From contig NC_043022.1 in assembly GCF_006345805.1 (NCBI RefSeq), positions 3,782,001 to 3,846,000 on the forward strand: a stretch of DNA of 64,000 nucleotides, in the 5' to 3' direction. Positions 24,803 through 36,132 of the stretch are shown here, piece after piece (the first letter of the stretch is position 1; each line of letters starts with the position of its first letter). The translations under genes and the position numbers were made by a program. Under the pieces are notes generated by a model. It was not told the DNA's origin, made no database searches, and saw only the letters and a list, made by a program, of their open reading frames with translations. This DNA is from Octopus sinensis. Taxonomy: Eukaryota.

Positions 24803-25662
24803 TAGTTATCCATAAATTACCTTTACAACTTGAAAATTTCAGGAAAAAAGGAAAAATACGAAAACTCTGCAGAGTTCATTGAAAAAAAAAGACATAGGCA
24901 AAGAAATAAAGTTTTATTAGAAACATCAGAACACTTCAGAGTGGGCTGCGTTGGTCGCACACAGCACACGTAAATGATAAACTGTGGAAGTTGTAAAGAT
25001 AATTTATGAACATCTTGTACATTATATACAGAGTGTTACAACTTGAAAATTTCAGGGAAAAGTGGAAAATAAGAATAATTCAGCAGAATTTATTGAAAAA
25101 TATTGACAAACAAATAAAGTTTTATTAGAAACATCAGAATACTCCAGCGTGGGCTCCGCTCCATTGGTTGCACGCAACACATCTTGGCAATACGTTGTGG
25201 AAGTTGTAAAGATAATTTATAGACATCCTGTATATTATATACACAGTGTCCATAAATTATACTTACAATTTGAAAATGTAAAATAAGGATAACTTAGCAG
25301 AGATCATTGAAAAGGATAGGCAAAGAAATAAAGTTTTATCAGAAACATCAGAACAGTTCCATGTGGGCTCCATTGGTTGCACGCAACACATCTAGGCAAT
25401 ACCTTGTGGAAGTTGTAAAGATAATTTATGGATATCCTGTATATTATGTACGTAGTGTCCATAAATTACATTTACACTTTGAAAAATTCATAAGTAAATG
25501 AAAAATAAGGATAACTTAGCAGAATTTATTGGAAAACATAAGCAGAGAAATAAAGTTTTATTAGAAACATCAGAAAACTTTCACAAACTCTCATAAGTTA
25601 TCTTTATCTTTCAATTTTTCTGAACGTTTCAAATTGTAAGAGTAATTTATGGACACCCTGTA
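24803..25662. repeat. tandem array of four Tc1/mariner-type MITE units of about 200 bp
   Basis: Each unit is bounded by degenerate GTGTCCATAAATTA ... TAATTTATGGACACCCTG-TA and units are joined by TATATTATA-like spacers. Confidence 0.75.
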
Positions 25663-26250
25663 GGTGTTGCTGTGGTAAGAAGCTTGTTTCTCAACCACAT
25701 GGTCCCAGGTTCGGTTCCACTGCATGGCACTTTTAAGCAAGTGTCTTCTATTATAGCCTCTTGTCAATTGAAGATTTGTGAGTGGCTGTGGTAGATGGAA
25801 ACTAAAAAAAGCCCATCACACGTGGATAAATATATACACATAAGTAAAAAAAAAACATTCGAAATACGATGTTACTATTGTTAATACCATCTATGCTAAA
25901 TATTTTTAAATTGATAATATTCACAGCAGTAACGTAGGCAGTTCATAGGTTTAATAACATAAAATATAAAATTAGTACGAAGCTTGGATCTTTTCCTTAT
26001 CAACGGCAGTTTTCAACACAATTTCTTGATAAATTTGCACATTTTTGGCTATGCCCAGGTCACTGTTTTGAGCGATGAAAATTTTGACACCAAAATCAAA
26101 ATAAATATACGTCGGTCAGCTGGCAATGGTTAGTGGCATTTCATCCATCTTTATGTTATGAGTTCAAATTCCACCGAAGTCAACTTTACCTTTCATCCTT
26201 TCAAGATTGATAAAATAAGTACCAGTTAATCACTGGGGTCAATGTAATTA

Positions 26251-27750
26251 AATAATAATAATAATAATAATAATAATAATTGTGTACAGTGCTCAGGTGC
26301 ACTACAACTCATCTAAAGTGTATATATAATCAGGTGTAGTTTCGACGGATTTCGGGAAGCATGAGGGCCTTAAAGGATGCAGTGTCATGGCAGTCAACAA
26401 CTGATGCAGGCAGTTTATTCCACGCTTCAGCAACCCTGAGCGTGAAAAAATGTTTCCGAAAGTCATGGGAGCTGTGTTGTTTTCTGACTTTGTATGCATG
26501 TCCACGTGTGTTAGACACATGGAGATCAAAAAGGTGTTCAGTGTTGTTGTTGGTGAGGTGGTTGATAACCTTGTGGGTGTTTACCAAGTCCGTCGCCAGA
26601 CGCCGGAGCTTCAGTGAATCCCTGCCCAGGGAAACAAGGCGCTCAGAATATGGTAGGTGTCTGATGGAGGGTATGCGTTTGGTTGCACGTCTCTGGACAG
26701 ATTCCAGGAGGTCAATGTTCTGAGCAAGATAGGGATTCCAAACTGATGATGCGAATTCCAAGTGCGGTCGTACCATAGCTGTATACAGTTTTAAATAGAT
26801 GGCTGGAGAGCGGCTAACAAAAGTCTTGCTGAGTGATGCCAAGACACCCTTGGCCTTCTTGACAATTTTAGAGATATGCTTTGTCCAACGCAAATCACTG
26901 CTGACAGTGATGCCTAGGTCACGCTCGCAAGAGGATTTCTTGATATCAGTGTTGTGGAGGGAGTATGTGGACGCAGGGTTTTTTCTCCAAAAATGCATGG
27001 TGGTACACTTGTCCACAGCCAGTTTCAGTTGCCAGTCTGTGATCCATTGCTGCATTGTGTCTAGGTCTGATTGCAGGAAAGAGTTGTAGACATCAGGATC
27101 AGTCCTCTTGATTTCAAGGTACAGCTTGATGTCGTCTGCATATTTCAATACTGTGGCATTCTTTAAATTGGCATCTATGTCATTAATGTATGCCACAAAC
27201 AGGAGGGGACTAAGGACAGATCCCTGTGGTACACCCGATGACATCTCATATGATGTAGAGTGCTGTCCTAGAACTGTGACTACCTCCTTTCGGCTGAGGA
27301 TGAAGGATTTCAACCAGTTAAAAAGGTCATCCCCCACACCCATTGCAGAGAGTTTCACCATAAGCCTTTTGTGTGGCACAGAGTTGAAAGCCTTAGCAAA
27401 GTCAAGGTAGACAACATCCACCCATGAGCCACTGTCAGTGATCTGAGTAATGTCCTCAAGGAACTCGACAAGCTGGTCACTGCAGCTGGAGTTAGGGACA
27501 AATCCATATTGTGAGGGTCGGATGAGACTGTGAGAGCTCCAGAAGTTCCAGAGTGTTTCTCTGACACACGATTCCATCAGTTTTGCAATACAGCTAGTGA
27601 GACTGACTGGGCGATAGTTGACAGGTGATGTGCGGTCACCCTTTTTGAACAGAGGAATGACACTGGCAGTTTTCCACTGCTCCGGAGTAGCACCATTGTT
27701 GAGACAGTACTGGAAGAAAATAGAAAGCTGGTGTAAAAGGAAGTGCCTGC
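26251..27750 (-). mobile_element. CR1-clade LINE, 5'-truncated, young; inserted inside a SINE B copy
   Basis: RT ORF, short 3' UTR with hairpin, (ATT)n tail. SINE B sequence stops at about 26250 and resumes at about 27755. Confidence 0.93.
26330..27745 (-). CDS. CR1 ORF2 reverse transcriptase domain and C-terminus (partial, no endonuclease)
   Basis: Uninterrupted frame with PLFKKGD..NYRPVSLTS, YLDFAKAFNSV, GVPQGSVLSP, YADDIK, ERDLG, RPHLEFASSVWNP and LESVQRRATK. It stays open for 56 codons upstream of the called Met at 27577. Confidence 0.93.
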   Translation of the reverse strand, partial: HFLLHQLSIFFQYCLNNGATPEQWKTASVIPLFKKGDRTSPVNYRPVSLTSCIAKLMESCVRETLWNFWSSHSLIRPSQYGFVPNSSCSDQLVEFLEDITQITDSGSWVDVVYLDFAKAFNSVPHKRLMVKLSAMGVGDDLFNWLKSFILSRKEVVTVLGQHSTSYEMSSGVPQGSVLSPLLFVAYINDIDANLKNATVLKYADDIKLYLEIKRTDPDVYNSFLQSDLDTMQQWITDWQLKLAVDKCTTMHFWRKNPASTYSLHNTDIKKSSCERDLGITVSSDLRWTKHISKIVKKAKGVLASLSKTFVSRSPAIYLKLYTAMVRPHLEFASSVWNPYLAQNIDLLESVQRRATKRIPSIRHLPYSERLVSLGRDSLKLRRLATDLVNTHKVINHLTNNNTEHLFDLHVSNTRGHAYKVRKQHSSHDFRKHFFTLRVAEAWNKLPASVVDCHDTASFKALMLPEIRRNYT

Positions 27751-28294
27751 CACGTTTGACTTTCTCCTCGCCTGAACTTGCTGTGGCTGAATTCCTTTTG
27801 AGTGTTGGGCCTCATGGAGGCAAGGTGGTTGAGTTCCTTCCAAATGTTGGGCCTCACAGAAGTAATGACCAAGATCTTTTGCATTATGTCATGCTGGAGA
27901 AGAAGGCCCATCAAGCAGAGTAAAATCAGAGTCATAGCAGATGCTGGTGTCACACAAATTCGTACCCATGCTGGTGGTATGTAAATGTACCTTGGTGTCA
28001 CACAAATGGCACCCATGCCAGTCGCACATAAAAGCACCCATTACACTCTGGGAGTGGTTGGCATCCAGCCATAGAAAATCATGCCTAATCAGACTGGAGT
28101 CTAGTGCAGCCTTCCAGCATACCAGCCCATCCCACTCATGCCAGCATGGACAATGGACATTAAATGATGATGATGATGATTATAAATAAATGTTTAAGTG
28201 GAATTGACAGCTTTTGTGTGTTTCTGAATGGCTAACTTGTGTCTTCCATGCTGCAATTGTTTTAACTTTCAGTTGATCATCACAGATCAAAACA

Positions 28295-28308
28295 GTTGCT
28301 ATGGAAAC
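28295..28308. promoter_or_regulatory. RFX X-box-like motif
   Basis: GTTGCTATGGAAAC matches the X-box consensus GTNRCYATRGNAAC. CCAATCA motifs lie nearby. Function is not shown. Confidence 0.3.
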
Positions 28309-28919
28309 AGAATCCCCAAAACAAAGGTGTTCTCTCAGTAAATATATTTATTGTGTTGAGTTCTTATCACTACCGTCCCCAATCAAAATCTTCGCCGCCA
28401 TTCGCTAACCTGTGTGATCTTTCCTCCTCAAAATCCTTTAATTTTTTTTAAATGCCTCGGTATGAAGATATTTCGTTCGTCCACCGTCCCCAATCAAATT
28501 CTTCGCCATTACTGTACTGTCCTGTCCACAATCAAAACTTCCGTCTTTCCAACCCACTTACGGTGAACCTATTTAAATATCACCTCGTGCTCCTCTTTTA
28601 TTCACTCTTTCTTGACCACAGCGATGACCATAGCAATGAGTCAAAAGTTTTGCAATATTTTGGTAACTCATTTGCCTTTTTCATCAAGTTACAACAAAAG
28701 CAGCCCAGCATTCAAAGGAGAGGCCATTGTGTTGCACCATCTGGAACCACCTCCCTGCCAGTTCTTTGGTACTTAGGAATTAGTTTGAATCAAATGATAG
28801 GGAATAATAACATCCTGCAAATGCTTCTGTCTTCAGTTTCACAGAGCTAAACCATTTCTAGGCAGTGTTCCATAACATCTTGTAATGTCTCTGGTTCCAA
28901 TGTCCTAATTTCTTATTAA

Positions 28920-29448
28920 CCCTTTCAATAATAACCCGGCTGAAACCATCCCTGGTTCTGTAGTACAAATGTCTTGTTTTCAAAAGTTTTGAATTAAAAT
29001 CTTCCACCAAGCCTTAGTCACAATTTATATTCCTAACACTAGCTTCAATGATAACTAAGTTATTTTACCAAATTCTTTGTTACATTTAAAATTAATTGAA
29101 AGAAACACAGAGCATCTCAACAGAAATATGGTAACAAAAGGGTTAAAGACAGTCAGTCAAATGTGTCTTTAATTTGCACAAGATTTGGCTGCTTTTTCTA
29201 ACAAGTGAAACAACTATGTGAAACAAAACCTGCAAATAAACCTTTTTGATAGCAACCCAGCTGAAACCACCTCTGGCTCAGTAGTACAAATGTCTTGTTT
29301 TCAAAAGTCCTAAATTAAAATCTTCCACAGTTTATGTTCCTAACACTAGCTTAATGATAACAAAGTTATTTTACCAAATTCTTTGTTACATTTAAAATTA
29401 ATTGAAAGAAACACAGAGCATCTCAACAGGAATATGGTAACAAAAGGG
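28920..29448. mobile_element. two tandem piggyBac-type MITEs (second family)
   Basis: TTAA-CCCTTT...AAAGGG-TTAA at 28920-29142 and a near-identical copy at 29241-29448. Degenerate relatives fill 22100-23940, 32215-32435 and 35060-35345. Confidence 0.8.
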
Positions 29449-30673
29449 TTAAATGTTATTTCTCAATTCCTGCACTGTTTCAATCCAAAATAAATACATG
29501 TAAAGAAGGAGGGAAATATATTTAATTCTTAATTTTAAAAATTATCCACTTGTTTAAAAATGGAAACTGACTCTTGTGCCACCCTGTGTAACCATGGGTT
29601 GTGGCTTAGGACTTAAAGTATTTGGTTTATGATCATAAGGCTGTGAGTTCAATTCCTGGCAGTGTGTTGTGTCCTTGAGCAAGACACTTTATTCCACATT
29701 GCTCCAGTCCACTCAACTGGCAAAACTGAGTTGTACCTGTAATTCATAGGGGGCCAGCCTTGTCACATTCTATGTTATGCTGAATCCCCTTGAGAACTAT
29801 GTCAAGGGTACACATGTCTGTGGAGTTCTCAGCCACTTGCACGTTAATTTCACCTGCAGGATGTTCTGTTGATTGGATCACCTGGAATCCTTGTCACAAT
29901 AACCTACGGAATGCCAGTTATAATAGGTGAGAGGTGGGAAAGAGCTGTGACCTTCTTCTTGGAGAAGACTCTGATCTAAGCATCTCCAGTGATCAGCGGA
30001 ATATTCTATGATGGAATAGGGTCAGTCTGGAGATTATGGACAACTTCCTGATTTGACAGTGGCACCAACAGTGATGCAGATGTCGCAGGTTCAAGATAAA
30101 CTCTACATACAGTAGGTGTAGGCATGGCTGTGTGGTAAGAAGTTCACTTCCCAACCACATGATTCTGGGTTCGGTCCTACCGCATGGTGCCTTGGGCTGG
30201 GCTGACCTGAGCCTTGTGAGTAGATTTTGTTGATGGAAACTGAGGGAAGCCTGTCATATATTTGTGTGCGTGTATGTGTGTGTGTGACCATTTCCCACTT
30301 TCACTTGGTTTGTGTATGTCCCCATAACTTAGCAGTTCAGAAAAAGAGACTAATAAAATAAGTACCAGGCTTTAAAAAAATGATTAAGCATCAGGGTTGA
30401 TTCATTCTCGAAGGTGGTGCCCCAGTATGGTCACAGTCTAATGACTGAAACAAGCAAAAAGTAATTATTTTAAAGCTGGTTTAAGGATAACAATGGAACA
30501 TTTACTACAAGTAGGCAGAGTGCTCAATATTGAAAGTAGAGTCAAATATGTTGCAAAATTGTGCAAATTAGGGTTTCAAATTTCACCTAACACCTTATTC
30601 ACATTCACACCTTATTCATATTTCACCCCTACACACATAAATGTACATGCATATTTGCATGTGAGTGAGTGTA

Positions 30674-30716
<43 letters not shown>

Positions 30717-30837
30717 TGTGTGTGTGTGTGTGTGTGAGTGTGTGATTCCATACATATACATTAGTCCCTTTTTCAATTTCCATGATTTGATTGTATAAGC
30801 ATAATAGATGTTTGTCTTGTGTTTTAAGTAAATATGT

Positions 30838-31264
30838 GATAGAGGGAAAACGACCATCTTTGGTTTCAAGACAAAAGGTGTTCTTCCATCAGGATAATAC
30901 TCGGCCACATAAAGCGAGGATGACATTCCAAAGGTTGGATCAGTTTGAAAGGGAAACGATGCCCCACCCACCATATTTACTGGACATTGCCTCATCTGAA
31001 TATCATTTATTCCACAGTCTTCAAAATCATGTGGACAGTAAAAATATGAATTCTGTAGACAAGGTCAGAACAGTACTGGAGAAGTATTTTTCATCATGAA
31101 CAAGTGAATTTTGGAAGAGGGGCCTTGCAAGTCTACCAGATAGATGGGAGAGCATTGTAGAAAATGAAGGAGAGGATATTTTAGATTGAAAAAGAACTTT
31201 GTTTATCTTAATTCTGAAAAATGAAAGAATTATAAAAATCCGCATTATTTATGGGATGACCCAA
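30838..31264 (+). mobile_element. mariner (DD34D) transposase C-terminal relic with right TIR
   Basis: FHQDNTRPH...HPPYLLDIASSEYHLFHSLQN...LPDRWESIVENEG. Ends TTATGGGATGACCCAA-TA. Confidence 0.88.
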
Positions 31265-31293
31265 TATACATATATATACACACACACACGCAT

Positions 31294-31650
31294 ATCATCA
31301 TCATCATCGTTTAAACGTCCACTTTCCATGCTGGCATGGGTTGGACGGTTCAACTGGGGTCTGGGAAGCCAGAAGGCTGCACCAGGCCCAGTCTGATCTG
31401 GCAGTGTTTCTACAGCTGGATGCCCTTCCTAACGCCAACCACTCCGTGAGTGTAGTGGGTGCTTTTTACATGCCACCTGCACAGGTGCCAGATGAGGCTG
31501 GCAAACAGCCACGATCAGATGGTGCTTTTTACGTGCCACTGGCACGGACGCCAGTCGGGGCAGCGCTGGCAACGGCCACGTTCGGATGGTTTTCTTACGT
31601 GCCACCGGCACTGGTATCACAGCTACAATTTCCATTGATGTTGATCGATA
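31294..31650 (-). mobile_element. retroposon family D
   Basis: Reverse copy with three unit motifs; close to the 60227-60637 copy. Confidence 0.85.
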
Positions 31651-31761
31651 CATATATATATATATATATATAGTCTGCGCAGTGTTTTGAATAGTTTAGA
31701 AAGAGCATTTCGATAGACGCACATGGATCTATTGGTATGGTCTTTCCATCGCTAACAGGAA

Positions 31762-31834
31762 TCTTACTGAAGAGCCAGCCTGAGTAAATAAATACTATTT
31801 TTATTACTGAATATGGCGAAACTGCAGTATAAGA
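31762..31834 (+). ncRNA. type I hammerhead ribozyme motif, canonical core
   Basis: Helix I TCTTA/TAAGA; CTGAAGA; helix II GCCA/TGGC with a 36-nt insert; GAAA; palindromic helix III ACTGCAGT; cleavage triplet GUA at 31827-31829. Confidence 0.8.
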
Positions 31835-31999
31835 AAAGTTAAGTTTGTAAAAGTTTTTAATTCTCATCTCACTAAATTTATCCAGCTATTGTGTATCTAG
31901 TACACTCTTCGCCTTGAATGTAATGATATATGTATAATATATGGCGTGTACTGGTACACCGGCGATTATAATTAATTTTATTGTATCGCATTTATCTTT

Positions 32000-32064
<65 letters not shown>

Positions 32065-32762
32065 ATACATACACACACACACACACATGTATATGTATTC
32101 AAATGTTATTTTTGCTGTAGTAGTTTTTGCTCTTCTGATCCAACAGATCAGTTCAACAAACTGAAACTAGAAAAAGATTATTAAAATGTTACATATGGTT
32201 CCGCCAAATGGAGCTTAACCCTTCAGTTACTAAATTTCTGTCAAAATGCATTACTTTAGCTTGATTAACTTTGAAAATGGTGAAGAATTTAATAAAATAA
32301 TTATCATTATTAAGTTAGTGTTTGCTATATAAATTCACATAAAATTTTGATGAAAGTTTGTTATTTAGATCAGGTTGAAATAAGGAATTTGAATCATAGA
32401 TATGAGAGGTGGCGTCTCAGATGAGTTGATATTAAAAGACATTAACAAAAGTATTAAACAGAACAACCTGACATCACCCATGAACAAGCAGGACTTTGCA
32501 GTATGGACTGTGCCATGCTTTTGCTGTTTCATGGACACTCTTGGCTGGCACCTTCAGCTCTCCGTCACCATAGGTGCAGGAGTGGCTGCATGGTGAGAAG
32601 CTTGCTTCCCAAGCACATGGTTCCAGGTTCAGTCCCACTGTGTGGCACCTTGCGCAGGTGTCTTCTATCATAGCCTCGGCCCAACCAAAGCCCTGTGAGT
32701 GGATTTCGTAGACGGAAACTGAAAGAAGCCTGTTGTGTGCGTGTGTGTGTGTGTATATATAT

Positions 32763-33245
32763 CAAGGGTGGGGAAACTTTTTAGAGTGATGGGAAAAATT
32801 TTCCTAAGAAAATGTTCCGCGGGCGGACCACAAATTCTAACTCTTATATCTGTGTAAATCCTGTATATATCTACATATAATTTGATATACATTAATGAAG
32901 ATAAATTTAACGCATTAAATTAATGTGTAACATCTTCAATAATGCCGCCACTGAATTTAGGACGTTTACTTATAAGGTATTCTATATTTTTCATCTAGAG
33001 TGTAGTTGGGTCTCAAGGGGGTGGTACAAACCTAGCAATAGGTGTTTTGTAGTGAAAACAAAATTTCAAATGGCAATTACCGGACGATTTCTGACCATTT
33101 TAAGTCGTAGTGGAAATGTGACCTATGTCGCAAATAGACATACGAGTGTTGTATAAATTTTATGATTGAGAAATTTACTATATTTTGTACATATGATTAT
33201 ATCAGCTTGGGGGCGCAATTTCACCTGCAGGTTTCCCCACCCCTA
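32763..33245. mobile_element. hAT-type MITE
   Basis: TIRs CAAGGGTGGGGAAAC / GTTTCCCCACCCCTA, inserted in (TA)n. Confidence 0.7.
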
Positions 33246-33275
33246 ATATATATATATATATATATATACACTTTC

Positions 33276-33375
33276 TTTAGAGCAGCAGAAAATTCAACAA
33301 AACCTATTACTCTGAGTTTCACGTTGCCGTGAAACTCAGAGTAACAGGTTTTGTTGAATTTTCTGCTGCTTTAAA
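33276..33375. repeat. hairpin with 48-bp arms in a (TA)n-embedded element
   Basis: Arms 33276-33323 and 33328-33375, 4-nt loop TTGC, two mismatches. Confidence 0.92.
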
Positions 33376-34891
33376 TAAAGCATATTACTCTACCACTGGT
33401 ATTTGAGTACTCTTTTTTCCACCTTGTTTCACATTTATGTGTTTACTCCGGTATATATAGATATATATATATAGATATATATAAGTATATATGTGTATGT
33501 ATGTTTGTGTGTGTATATATATATATATATATATTAGGTTTCCCATCAATAAAGGGTTTAGTTTTATGGCATATTGTTAGATCCCATAAACCTGATGGCC
33601 TGTGACCTCTTCAAGATATGGAGGAGGAAATGTCTTTATATATGACATATGTGTGTGTGTGTGTGTGTGTTTATATATATATATATGTGTGTGTGTGTCC
33701 ATGATTGTAGGTATTTATATATATATATGTACATGCATATATATATACATGTACATGCATATATATATATACATACACATATATATATATATATACATAG
33801 ATATATACATGCATGTGTATGTATATATGTGTGTATGTATGAATATATATATGTATGTATACTATTCCACCATCAACTACTTCTCTCCTATAAATGTTGA
33901 CTTTATGCAAACGTAAGAAAATAAGTAGATTGTAATATATCCAAGAAGAAAAAAGCAGAAAAGAAAAGGGGATTGGGAATGGAGGGGATGGGGAAGAAGT
34001 AAACGAGGGGGAGGGAGCAGGAGGAGCTGGAGGAGAAGGTAAAGGAGAAGGGGAGAAAGATATAGAGTGACTGAAATGAAAGTGAAACTAAAAAGGTGGA
34101 AAAAAGAAGGAGAGGATAGCGAATGAGTTAGAAAGAGAAACAAGGAGAGAGAAATGAGGAATAAGTCTTCGATCGATTCACAAGAATTGAATAAAGAAAA
34201 AGAAGAATTTTTTTTCACGATATTACCATAAAGTTATTCTGTTATTAAAGGAATCGTCAATGAAGTAACAAGAATCGATTGTAGAACACCTGCTCCTTGA
34301 TACACGTAGTTACATACATCGATATGTAATTATCAGGGAAATATATGCATGTGTGTTTGCACCTAATTTAAATATGCAGTCATTTTTCGCTTTATTGGTA
34401 ACGCTTATTATTCCGGCAAGGAGATAGCGAAAATTTTATGACTCATTGACATTATTGGTAGCTAATATATTGGCATTATTCATTGGAAGCTTGCTTAGGT
34501 ATGCCTTAAACTCCAACTTGTACACACACACACACACACCCACGCACAGGCAGGCACACAGATGCACACACATACAAACACATATACATGCACACTTGTA
34601 TGCATGAGAATTCATATAAATATTACACTATTATGTTGCATATACACACAAATATATGCACGTTTTTGATATATATATATATAATATATACATACCGTAC
34701 ATATATGTTTCTTTATTAGCCACATGTACAGTATATATATATATGTACGGTATATATATATTATATATATCAAAAACGTGCATATATTTGTGTGTATATG
34801 CAACATAATATATATATATATGATTTTTTTGATTTTTTTTTTTACTTTTCCAGTTTCAGCTCATGAGCTGTGGCCATGCTGGGGCACCGCC

Positions 34892-34960
<69 letters not shown>

Positions 34961-35663
34961 TGTACATATGTGTGTGTGTGTATGTATGTATATGATAAAT
35001 AGATAGATAGATAGACAGACAGACAGATAGCTACACACACACACACACACACACATGCAAGGTTTCAATTTAGATCACTTTAACTCTTTTATTTCCAAAT
35101 TTCTGTTCAACTACATTGCCTTAGTTTCAATTAATTTTGAAAATAATGAAGAATTTTATAGAATAATTTTGTCCTAATTAATCTGGTGTTTGGAACCTAA
35201 ATGAACATGAAATTTTGATTGAAGTTTTTAATTCAGATCACTTCAACCCTTTTCTTACCTTAATTCTGTTGAAATATGCTGCCTTTGTTTCAATTTTTTT
35301 GAATATAATAAAAAGAATTTAGTAAAATAACTTAGTTGTTGTTAATCTGATTCACACACTATGGATTATGAACAAATGATTGGGTTCAAATATGTATGCA
35401 GTGAAATTTATTTCCATATGTGTGTGCGTGTGTATAATGTATATCAAATTTTAAGATTATTATTGTAAAGCAAGTTTAAGAATAACTACAAACCATGCAC
35501 AGATGAGTTGTCTCTATACAGGCTGTAGAAGAGTCAAATATATTACCACAATCATTTTTGAGAGGGACAGGATTGGTTGAACTGAGAGGCAAAACTTGAC
35601 ACCCCAGTCAATTTAATTATATACATACATATATATACATACATACACACACACTCACACACG

Positions 35664-35696
<33 letters not shown>

Positions 35697-35724
35697 GTGT
35701 GTGTGTTTATATATATATGTGTGT

Positions 35725-35775
<51 letters not shown>

Positions 35776-35864
35776 CATATATCATGGCACTCTGTCACCA
35801 GTAATATATTTATATATATATATATATATGAATATATACATATATACAATTATATACATAAATG

Positions 35865-35909
<45 letters not shown>

Positions 35910-35996
35910 AGAGTTTACGAAAAAAACAAAAGATGAAGACAGGTTGTGTACAAAACAAACAGATGTATTAGTATAACGCTCAGGAATAGAAAAAGT

Positions 35997-36032
35997 CTTT
36001 TACGTTTCAAGCCTACGCTCTTCTACAGAAAG
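35997..36032 (-). ncRNA. minimal hammerhead-like motif (CUGUAGA core variant)
   Basis: CTTT-CTGTAGA-A-GAGC-gtag-GCTT-GAAA-CGTA-AAAG on the - strand, inside an element of about 190 bp between (TA)n tracts. Confidence 0.6.
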
Positions 36033-36095
36033 GGACACAGAAAAAACAAGGAGAGAAAAAAATGTGTGTAGTGGCTAACGATTAATCATGGTGAC

Positions 36096-36132
<37 letters not shown>

